This document shows positions 49,398-59,658 of a DNA stretch of 64,000 bases, one piece after another. This DNA is from Dendrobates tinctorius. Lineage: Eukaryota. The translations under genes were made by a program, and so were the position numbers. Position 1 is the stretch's first letter. Every line of letters starts with the position of its first letter. The stretch is taken from the NCBI RefSeq assembly GCF_039654945.1, contig NW_027361891.1:6324001-6388000 (forward strand), written 5' to 3'. A model generated the notes under the pieces. That model was not told where the DNA came from and did not search any database. It saw nothing but the letters and a program-made list of their open reading frames with translations.

Positions 49398-52086
49398 TTA
49401 GTACCAATCAGTGTGCCCACAGTACCAGTAGAATAAGAGGGGTAGGAAACTAGGTGGCACTGGTCACATTGAGCCTTTCATACTTTTTACTGGTGTATAA
49501 TCATATGCCCTGAGCACCCCCATAAAGTGGGCCAGCCCCAGACAACAGGGTACAAACAAATCACTATTACTATCAGTCCAAGTGGACAATTATATACATA
49601 AAGTTAATGATGTCCCTGTGCCAAGCAGTGCAGAGGATCAGAATACACTGAGGAGACCAGAGCAGCGGGGTATGGTGAGAAGAATTATATGGGTCCCATT
49701 ATGCTGTGTGAGGTAATATATGGTGCCCATTATACTGTATGCAGTAATATATGGGGCCCATAATACTGTATGGAGCATTATGTGGGGATAGGGGATGACT
49801 TTCTGTTTGTTGTGGATCTGACCGCTGGGACCCCCATGATCCTGGGAAACATAGCTTTGTAGAGCACCATGTAAATGGAGCGGTGGTCAATAATACGTAC
49901 TGTGGTGCCATTCACATGTGGCTCTTCAAGTAACTCCTTTAAGAGAGTGATGAGGGGACGACAAAGTATAGCAAACATTCACTGATTGGGGCTGATGAGT
50001 GTTATAGTTTGTGGGCTGGTGGGATTTGTGTGCCAGGGCTACATTTTTGTCCCAGTGCAGCCCTGTGCCAGGCCTATTATTGCCATTAATGATCCTTGTT
50101 CTGGATACTTCTGTGTTGTTGTATGTGCGAGTGACATCCTTGTGTTTGGACACCTTTCTTTTCTATTTATCTAAATCAAAATGTCCACTATTGTACTCAG
50201 TTTTACAATATAGATATAAAAATTTACTTTGTGTGTGTGTGTGGGGGGGGGGGCGTCATTTTGCTGTTCGTCTCAGGCAGCAGAGAGGCTAGGTTCACCC
50301 CTGCGGACACATATGCTGCCTGACACAGCCTAACATAGCATTCAGGAAGGTTGGATAAATTATGCCAAGTCGCCGATCTCTGGAATAATTGGACCGTAGA
50401 CCATTAATAATACCTGTGGTTTGCATTAATTTCTGTGAGATCTTTGCTGCTTTTTGCATCGACGACTAACTCCTGTAATGTAACAGTCATGCAAAGTAAA
50501 ATCATGATATCAGAGTATATTGGCTACATTACGTTTCTTTCTTCCGTCTTAGGGCTCATTCAGACGTTTAGTGATTTTTTTTCTTGTACGTAAAAGCACG
50601 GATAACTGTTTATCAGTATTTTTTATCCAATATTCATCATTTGGTCTGGGTCAGTGTTTTTCACCTATGGAGAAATAAATTGCAAAACTTCTCCTGACTA
50701 ATAGCGGACAGCGCATGGACTGCACACTGATGCCGAAAGTCTAATGACTGTGATTTTCACCGGCCCGCAGACTTGTATGGGTAATTTTGATCCAATGGTT
50801 CGGAGCGAAGACGGCCATGTTGCCAGATTTTTGCAAGTGATCTGTCGGACAAATCAGACATCCGGAGAAAGTGAGAGAGCAGTGACAGCTTTCAGTTCCT
50901 CCGGATGCCAATTACGTCTGAAAGAGAGGAGAATAAAGCCAGCACTGATTGTCCGCAGGGAATGTCATGCGAGCTTCAGGAGAGCCAGTGCCGACACTGA
51001 TAGAACAGCGCCGACAATGGCGGATTCTTCAGTACATATGCTATTATTTTACTGGGGGAAAACAGGGATTGAGGTGCTGTCTGAGTAGTGGACAACACCT
51101 TTAAAGCTGCTTAATTTTCTTTTAATGCAGCCGTACATATTTTATTCCATGATGGGCATTACTGCTGTTCAATCTGGCCATAACTGTTCAATGACCAAAT
51201 TGATTCCCGACATCAACTAGATAAAAACCTGCAGCAAGGCAGACACAAAAAAAGATGAGTGAACCAGACCAAAGTAAAAACCGTAATATATATACATATA
51301 ATTAAAGTGCAAATGTAGATAAATGCACAACTTAAAGGAAACTTGTCTCCAAAAAAAAATGCTATTAACCTTCAGATATGGGGAGAATCCACACACAGAT
51401 TGATAGCATTTTTTCTGGTGACAAGTTCCCTTTAAGTTGTGCATTTATCTACATTTGCACGTTACTAACCTGCCCAGCGCCTGCACTAAGCCGAACGCTG
51501 TGGGGAGAAAATTAACTTAATTCTCCCTGGCAGCATTCGGTTTCAGTCACAGGGTGGCTCCAGCGCTGGTTCAGTCACCGCTCTGATTATACAGAGCCGC
51601 AGCTGTAACGGATATTGGTTCTGCATTGGTGCCGGACGTCAGGACTGCCACTAGGAATTTCGGGGCCCCATACTGGCAAAATTTTCGGGACCCCTTGAGA
51701 CTCCGCCCAGGCTCCACCCAGCCCCGCCTCCACCCCGTGAACTGTCCTCAGTCCCACCGCTCTCTCTTGGAAAAGCTCCACTTCTCACCTACACACATTA
51801 ACAGTTCCCATCACCAGATCACACATATAGCTGGCAGCTTTTGCTTTGGCCAAAAGATTTTTTTAAGCCGCCACCATAACAGGGTAGACACTCTTGGCCA
51901 GGCCCTACTCTACTGTAGAAATAGATTAGAAACATATGTGACATGCACAAGTGTGAACAAGTTGGTCAGACAATGCTCACACCACCCAATGGCTGAAACA
52001 CAAGAAAACACAAAATGACAAATTTGCAAAAAATACTCTGCAGTAAAAAGCATGACAGTAATCAGCAAGTGCTGTATAACGAATAC

Positions 52087-52167
52087 AGGGTATTTAGTCG
52101 ATACGTTTTTTGCAAAAAATGTATACCAAGCCGCTTCACCATGTCAGGGTAACCCCTCACGAAGCAG
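52087..52167 (-). ncRNA. Candidate HDV-like ribozyme, inverted copy (L3 mutated to CTGACAT)
   Basis: Reverse complement of the motif at 52373. Confidence 0.55.
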
Positions 52168-52372
52168 TCCCTATCTAATGTATTTAAAACCTGAACATGT
52201 GAACAGTGTCTAAATGAACAGGATACAGACAGGCGCCTCCTAGCATATGGGCTTGTGGTGTAAGACAGCTCATTTATGTGCATGTCACACAGGAGAGGGG
52301 TGGGATCTCCCAAACCATGCTGAGCATGCTGAGCATACCCCATGTTCAGGTTTTAAATACATTAGATAGGGA

Positions 52373-52454
52373 CTGCTTCGTGAAGGGTTACCGTGACGTG
52401 GTGAAGCGGCTTGGTATACATTTTTTGAAAAAAAACGTATCGACTAAATACCCT
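52373..52454 (+). ncRNA. Candidate HDV-like ribozyme, copy 1
   Basis: P1 CTGCTTC/GAAGCGG, P2 AGGGT/ACCCT, P3 ACC/GGT, L3 GTGACGT, P4 hairpin, J4/2 CTAA. Confidence 0.65.
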
Positions 52455-52787
52455 GTATTCATTATACAGCACTTGCTGATTACTGTCATGCTTTTTACTG
52501 CAGAGTATTTTTTGCAAATTTGTCTTTTTGTGTTTTCTTGTGTTTCAGTCATTGGGTGGTGTGAGCATTGTCTGACCGACTTGTTCACACTTGTGCATGT
52601 CACATATGTTTCTAATCCGTTTTTTCCTTGCTCAGCATGGTTTGGGAGACCCCACCCCTCTCCTGTGTGACATGCACATAAATGAGCTGTCTTACACCAC
52701 AAGCCCATATGCTAGGAGGCGCCTGTCTGTATCCTGTTCATTTAGACACTGTTCACATGTTCAGGTTTTAAATACATTAGATAGGGA

Positions 52788-52868
52788 CTGCTTCGTGAAG
52801 GGTTACCGTGACGTGGTGAAGCGGCTTGGTATACATTTTTTGCAAAAAACGTATCAACTAAATACCCT
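52788..52868 (+). ncRNA. Candidate HDV-like ribozyme, copy 2
   Basis: Same pairings as copy 1. Confidence 0.65.
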
Positions 52869-53201
52869 GTATTCGTTATACAGCACTTGCTGATTACTGT
52901 CATGCTTTTTACTGCAGAGTATTTTTTGCAAATTTGTCTTTTTGTGTTTTCTTGTGTTTCAGTCATTGGGTGGTGTGAGCATTGTCTGACCGACTTGTTC
53001 ACACTTGTGCATGTCACATATGTTTCTAATCCGTTTTTTCCTTGCTCAGCATGGTTTGGGAGACCCCACCCCTCTCCTGTGTGACATGCACATAAATGAG
53101 CTGTCTTACACCACAAGCCCATATGCTAGGAGGCGCCTGTCTGTATCCTGTTCATTTAGACACTGTTCACATGTTCAGGTTTTAAATACATTAGATAGGG
53201 A

Positions 53202-53282
53202 CTGCTTCGTGAAGGGTTACCGTGACGTGGTGAAGCGGCTTGGTATACATTTTTTGCAAAAAACGTATCAACTAAATACCCT
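53202..53282 (+). ncRNA. Candidate HDV-like ribozyme, copy 3
   Basis: Same pairings as copy 1. Confidence 0.65.
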
Positions 53283-53963
53283 GTATTCGTTATACAGCAC
53301 TTGCTGATTACTGTCATGCTTTTTACTGCAGAGTATTTTTTGCAAATTTGTCATTTTGTGTTTTCTTGTGTTCCTACTCTGCTGTAACCTATTAAATATT
53401 TGTTAAAATCTACAATACAATTTAGGTATATTTTTATTTATTTTTCAATTTTTAAAATGACCAATAATATCACATACAAGGAACAAATACCGCTACACCA
53501 TGTCCAGACCACATATTACCACCACATTGTGACCTATAATACCACATAAAAATTAAATACATCACTGCAGTAATACGATCCCTTAAGTAACCCCTATGGT
53601 AATAATATCCCCCATCCTGACCCCCATTGGTCTCATTCTTGGCTTCAGCCATATGTTCTCCCATCCCACCCTCATGAGTATCCATTCTGCCCCATATGAT
53701 CTCCCCATCCTGCCCCATCTGTCTCCATCGTATCCATCCTGCCCCATGATCCTGTGCAATCTGTCTCCAACCCTGCCCCATGTGTCTCCAGTCATGCCCC
53801 GTATCTCCATTCTGCCCCGTGTCTCCAATGATGCCCCATGTCTCACATTCTGCCCCATGTCTCACATTCTGCCCCCTCCTGTCTTACTGTCACATTCTGC
53901 CTCTTCCTTTGTCTGTGTCACATTCTGCCCCATGTCCTGCATTCTGCCCCAGCGTCCAGCATG

Positions 53964-54003
53964 AGTCCCCTGAGGAAGCCCATGCGAAACATGCATTGGG
54001 GCT
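53964..54003 (+). ncRNA. Minimal type-I hammerhead ribozyme (Penelope-type; stem III CpG-decayed)
   Basis: AGTCCC-CTGAGGA-A-GC-CCAT-GC-GAAA-CATGCATT-GGGGCT with an intact CUGANGA/GAAA core and stem I AGTCCC/GGGGCT. Confidence 0.75.
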
Positions 54004-56532
54004 GCTGTGTGCATGGTATATTTGGACTTATAAGGGTAAGGACTCCCCCTCTTGATAGCGCTATGGCACTTTATTGATGTGGAATGAATTACTATGTTTA
54101 CAGTCAGTTACCTATATTGAATGTATCTGAATTAACTGATTGAGTTCTTCTCTGTATAAGTGGCCATATATATTGGGACACTTTTGTGTAATATTTATCC
54201 ATTTTCTCTTTGGGGTTTGATATACCCAGTCCTAATATTAATTATTTATACCACCCACTTTGTCGCTGTTCGTGTCTTTCGCAATTTGAACAATTTTGGT
54301 CCATAGTATAATTTTTATTATATGTATGATTAATAAAATTGGAATATTTTATGATATTTTAAACAGGCTTTTGTACTCTGTTCTTCGTGATATGCTTTAT
54401 GCTTTTGAGCATTCCTGTTGCCCTTTATAAGGTGGCACTATAATATTTGTTCTTTGGTTGTTTTAAGGGAAAGAGATAGCGTTGCACGTTGTGAAACCTG
54501 ATGTTGATGCTCGAAAGAATACAAATATGCTGTGTACCAGAATCAGTAAAGTTACCAGTTTGAAAGTTGAATTGGACTGCGGCTCATTTTGTAAAAAACC
54601 AGACCGCGAAGACCTCCAGAAACCGACAGAGTACCCTGTCTGCGCTGGGGAAGAAGCCACAGGTATGCAGTACGTGTTTGTGATGGGAGGGCAGGGCGCG
54701 CTAACGCAAATGCTATCCGCCATGACTACCACCCTGTACCTCCCTCACACAGGAGGGTGGCGATCATAAGAAGATGGATTGCATTTTATTGCAATGTAGC
54801 GGCAACCCAAAAAATACGTAATTCTGGGGTTTTTAATTTTTTCCTCGTTACGCAGTTTAGCGATTGGGTTAATTTTTTATATTGATTGGGCGATTTTGAA
54901 CATGGCGATATCAAATTTGTGTATGTTTGATTTTTTTTTTATTGCTCTATTTTGAATGGGGCGAAAGGAGGGTGACTTCAACTTTTATATTTTTTAATTT
55001 TTTTTAATATTTATAAAAACATTTTTTTTTACTTTCGCCATGCTTCAATAGTCTCCATGGAAGACTAGAAGCTTCAATACTTTGATTGCCTATGCTATAC
55101 ACAGGCAATGATCAGATCGCCTGTGTGTAGCAGAAATGCTCATTTGCTGAGTGCCAACCACCAGGCCGCACTCATAACAATCTGGCAATGACAACCATAG
55201 AGGTCTGCTGCAGACCTCTGGTTGTCATACCGACCTATTGGTGACTCGAGATCATGTAACAAGGTCACAGATGGACGAGATTAATGATGTGCTTCCTATA
55301 AGAACGAGTTAAATGCTGAGTTAACTAGTTAACAGCCGCGGGTGGTTCACGATTCCACCCATGGCTGTTGCGGGCACATCTCAGCTGTATAGATCAGCTG
55401 TCATGTCCTTGGAAAGTTGTGGGCTCAGCGCCAGAGCCCGCACCAAACAGGCGGAGTCCGACATGTGCGTCCTACTAGGCCACATGTCACAAAGGGGTTA
55501 ATAACTAAAAAACATGAGTTGTAACTAAACACTCATGCACGAAAAATAGAGACCTACATGTATTAAACATTCAAGCAATATAATAAAATCCAGTGGTCGC
55601 CTACCAAACACCTGTATATGTGGCGCCCCTGACGGTTCAGTCGCCACAGAGGTCCTGCACCACAGCTAGAGGTGTGGTACTCCGCTCTCGGGTAAGAAGG
55701 GGGCACTACCCAGAACCCACACACTTACATCTAACAATGTACCTCTCAGGGCCCGGGAGGAGATAGGTAGAGGGTGTGGGTGGAGAAAGTAGTAGGGGAG
55801 GAGTCAGAGAGAATTGTCATGGAAATAGGAGTCAGTTGGAGGGAAGGAGTTCAGTTGGTGCTGTGGACTGAAGGAGAGAGGAGCACGTCCCTTGACTAGC
55901 ACAGCGTGAGAGAAAGGAGGGGAGAAGGAAGGGGTCCTAGGGGCACGAGAAGTGAAGAATCCACCCGTGGTGCCCGAGTCTGCGCCGACTGTAGTTGGGT
56001 GGAGGGACCGGGCCGCAGTGGGGGACAGGATCCGGGGCTGCTGGCTCGGGACGCTGTGTGTTGGGGTGCGGGGGGGAGAGGAAAGAGCCGGCGCAGTGGG
56101 ACAGCCGAGGAGGGAGCATCTGAAGGGGATTCTGGCACAGTGTGACCCAGGTTACTTGAGAGCTGGCTGGACCACCAACCCGGAGGACGCAGCACCCCGG
56201 CTGGGGAATGTGGCCGGAGAACTGCGAGTAAAAATGTGGAAACTGCACCCCCTTGTGTCCTCAGATTTATTTGCTTCGTCACCTGCCTTGCACCACAGCT
56301 ACCATCATTATCTCTAACACCTATAACTGCGCTGGGGCCTAGCTCTGCCCATGGAGAGCTGTAACAACTCTGCTGCATCACCAACAGCCCCAGCGGTCTC
56401 TTTTGCAGTGTCGGCTATCACCTTCATTGCCGAACACCATGGGTGGCGTCACGAATATATTTCCCCATAAACTACTACCCTCATCTTTTATTTACATTGC
56501 ACGCCCAGGGTCACGGACCGGGTCACTGCTGC

Positions 56533-57084
56533 AATTTATTTTTAACTTTTTTATTTCAGGATATTTGTTTTTTGTTTTTGGTTTTCTCTTTGTAAAGGTC
56601 ATGTGTTCATATGCAATTACATTTTGCATACACATTAATTTACTTTTTCAGCTCAGACCCAGTTTCTCATTTAGTTCAATGTGCATTCAGTGCATATAAG
56701 GGTGTGACCACCCTGTTTCTGATTTGGAAATCCATCTTCTCTGGCCTATACTATTACTAGTGGTCAGTCCCTCTGTCCTTGTTCACATTTACGTCACTTG
56801 ACAAGTGGAAAGGTTTTAAATATAAGAGTTAGGACTGTCCCAAAAGGGTTGCCGTGACGTGGCGGGATGGCTTGTGCATTATTTTGATCAAAATTATGAT
56901 TACTAAATACCCTTATTATTATTTCTACCTTCATGCAATTTTTGCAATTTATTTTTAACTTTTTTATTTCAGGATATTTTTTGTTTGTTTTTGGTTTTCT
57001 CTGTGTAAAGGTCATGTGTTTATATGCATTTACATTTTGCATACACATTAATTTACTTTTTCAGCTCAGACTCAGCTTCTCATT
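56533..57084 (+). mobile_element. Non-coding retroposed element, 1.3 copies of a 413-nt unit, with one HDV-like fold
   Basis: Terminal direct repeat 56531-56672 / 56944-57085 (period 413). Flanking ~57-bp duplication of LTR sequence at 56476-56532 / 57085-57141. Confidence 0.8.
56835..56914 (+). ncRNA. Candidate HDV-like ribozyme, second family
   Basis: P1 CTGTCCC/GGGATGG, P2 AAGGGT/ACCCTT, P3 GCC/GGC, identical L3 GTGACGT, different P4 hairpin, J4/2 CTAA. Confidence 0.65.
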
Positions 57085-58782
57085 TACCCCCATCTTTTAT
57101 TTACATTGCACGCCCAGGGTCATGGAACGGGTCACTGCTGCCGTGACATATTCCCCGAAGGACTGACCGGCCCGGTACCGAGTACTCCCGGCCCTAGGGG
57201 GCAATGCATATACGTCTGACATTGGCCACCAGACATGGTTTGTCTGTACCTGCATGTTATGTTCCATTCACAACCCACAATATAAATAGGTTACTTGCTT
57301 CAATTTGTTTCAGTAAATAACCAAACAGTTGTCTTAGATTTCTGGGGAAGTAAACATATAAAAAACCATCATATGTTATCAGCATGCTCGTTAGTTGTTT
57401 GGGAAGAAAGCCATCTGTTAGCACATTTGGTAGGTAAAAGACGGATGCTGAAGGTGGGAAACATTGTGAATTCTCAACAATAAGTGAATGCTGAAACTTT
57501 GTATGGCACCTGTTTCAAACTGCAGGACACTGATTTAGTCAAAAGGGTAACGAAAGGCTCCCAGACCTCAATGTGAAATGTAATATGGCCTCCATTTTCC
57601 ACGTGCCACTTATTAGGGTCTGTAGACCTGCACTGTATGTTGGCAATATGCCAGGAAACATGCATTATATATACCTCTGGTGAAAGCATCTGAAGAATGC
57701 CACTCGCTCTGCTTACATTTCCTCTATTCATTTTTGTGAGATACTTTTGTATAGAATAGCACTATGCTATCTTATACAGATAGAAAAAAAAGATAGATAT
57801 AGCAATGCATACCTCCCTGATGTGACAAAAAGGACACACTTCTATACCTGAGAGTTGTGAGCTTTTATATGTACATGCTTAATACATACGTATATAGTAT
57901 AATCATCCACCGGACACTTTAGTGATCATTGGTAGTTAACAAATTAATGCGGCATATATGAGGCTGTTGAGTTAGGGTATGTGCCCACGATCAGTAATCG
58001 CTGTGGGTTGGGCGCTGTGTACTTGTGCAGCGTCCAACACACAGCAGCCAGATGTTACAGCATAGTGGATGGGATTTCAAGAAATCCTGTGTCCAAAATG
58101 CGTCCGCAGACGCCTGCGTTTCACCCGCGGAGACGGACATGCGGCGCATCTCTCCAGACTGCAGCATGTCAACTTCTTTTGTAGAGACGCTAGTCTCCGC
58201 AAGAGAAATTTCACCAATAGAATGTAATGGATGTGGTAAATCCACACGGTTCAATGAACATATGCGGATTCACCTGCAGGCAGTAGATGGCAGCGCTTTC
58301 ATGTTCTGGGACAGATCTTACCGGAGTGCACTATTTGATACTATTGTACTTTCTATGCTTAGTTGTTAAGCATATAAGTGATGTCTGACTATTTTTCTAT
58401 TAATGATATGTGACCCTGGTATATTTGTTTGTCTTTGCATTTTGTCACTTTACCTTGTTACCTTTTTATACTAATGATACTCTAATAAAATTCAAATTTA
58501 CTTTTACTATATTTATCTGATACTCCTCATTCTCCTATTGCAGTGTAGACTATCAGCCTGGTGAAGGGCCGCAGGCATGTCCCGTAACAATAAATGGGAT
58601 ACTGTTGTACTGTTGTCAGGACTAGAGTTGAGCGAAACGGGTCGAAAAAATTCAAAAGTCGCCGACTTTTGGCAAAGTCGGGTTTCATGAAACGAAACCC
58701 GACCCTAGGATGAGGTCGGCCACGAGGTCGGCGACTTACGCGCCAAAGTTGCGTTTCAAAAGTTTGTTTTGCGCTCTTTTTC

Positions 58783-58904
58783 AGCCAATCAGGATCCACG
58801 GACACTGTGGGCAACGTGATGACATAGGCACGGGTCACCACCATCTTTCAGAAGGGCATGCAAGTGATTGGCTTGCTTTGGGGGGCTTCACAGGGGGTAT
58901 AAAA
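58783..58904 (+). promoter_or_regulatory. Putative hAT transposase promoter (CCAAT, ATTGG, TATAAAA)
   Basis: AGCCAATC at ~58783, GATTGG at ~58866, TATAAAA at 58898. Confidence 0.45.
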
Positions 58905-59010
58905 GGGCGTGCACGCCGACCGCCATGTTACTCATGCTGATCTCAGAATAGGGAGAGCTGCTGCTGCTGATGATTTTGTAGGGAGAGCGTTAGGTAGGGA
59001 AGAAGACACC

Positions 59011-59437
59011 AAAAACTGCTTCTGCTGCTAGCGATTTTGCCTGTACAACACACCAGTCACTGTGCAGTGCAAGGGGAGGCTATATAGTGGTGTATCAGTG
59101 GTGTTGGTTGTTGGGCTGCCTTCTAAGGCTTCCTGACATTCCTGCATTGCTGTTTACCCACTGCTCTGCAAACTGCTTTTTTAAAAGCAATCACAATTTT
59201 TTTTTTTGTCCTGCTGAGAAGAAGAAAAAAAAACTGCTTTTGCTGCTAGCGATTTTGCCTGTACAACACACCAGTCACTGTGCAGTGCAAGGGGAGGCTA
59301 TATAGTGGTGTATCAGTGGTGTTGGTTGTTGGCTGCCTTCTAAGGCTTCCTGACATTCCTGCATTGCTGTTTACCCACTGCTCCGCAAACTGCTTTTTTA
59401 AAAGCAATCACAATTTTTTTTTTTTGTCCTGCTGAGG
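59011..59437. repeat. Tandem duplication of ~220 bp inside the hAT element
   Basis: 59011-59217 is repeated at 59231-59437. Confidence 0.9.
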
Positions 59438-59658
59438 TACTGAGCGTGCATTTTTTCACACCATACAGCGGTGTACGCTCCTCACACAGTACCGTGTAAC
59501 GGCTATTATCACAGCCACAGTGAAGCTATCAGTGAGTCACTCTGTGAGAATAAGTCGAGGACATGTTCCGTTCTTACAGACCTGCACTCTAGGGAGATTC
59601 CAATTCTGCCCAATTCTACATACACCTTGTAGTTTGTGATACACTAGCCAATTTCTGC

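Larger units (their letters stand above)
51918..53372 (+). mobile_element. Non-coding retroposed element: inverted partial unit plus ~2.5 tandem 414-nt units, each with an HDV-like fold
   Basis: Period 414-415 nt (52373, 52788, 53202), an inverted copy at ~51923-52325, and a 14-bp TSD CCTACTCT(A/G)CTGTA at 51904-51917 / 53373-53386. Confidence 0.85.
55619..57208. mobile_element. Solo LTR interrupted by a retroposed insertion
   Basis: TGTGGCGCCCC ... GGGGGCAATGCA termini with TATA flanks. Confidence 0.65.

Noticed and set aside
48190-49453. Phe/Leu/Ser-rich 'membrane protein' ORFs
   Set aside because: CT microsatellite and an N gap.
52062-53307. Repeated 93-130-aa ORFs in the 414-nt repeat
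   Set aside because: Mostly non-ATG starts, no domains, and not conserved in the related 413-nt family, where only RNA-structure elements are kept.
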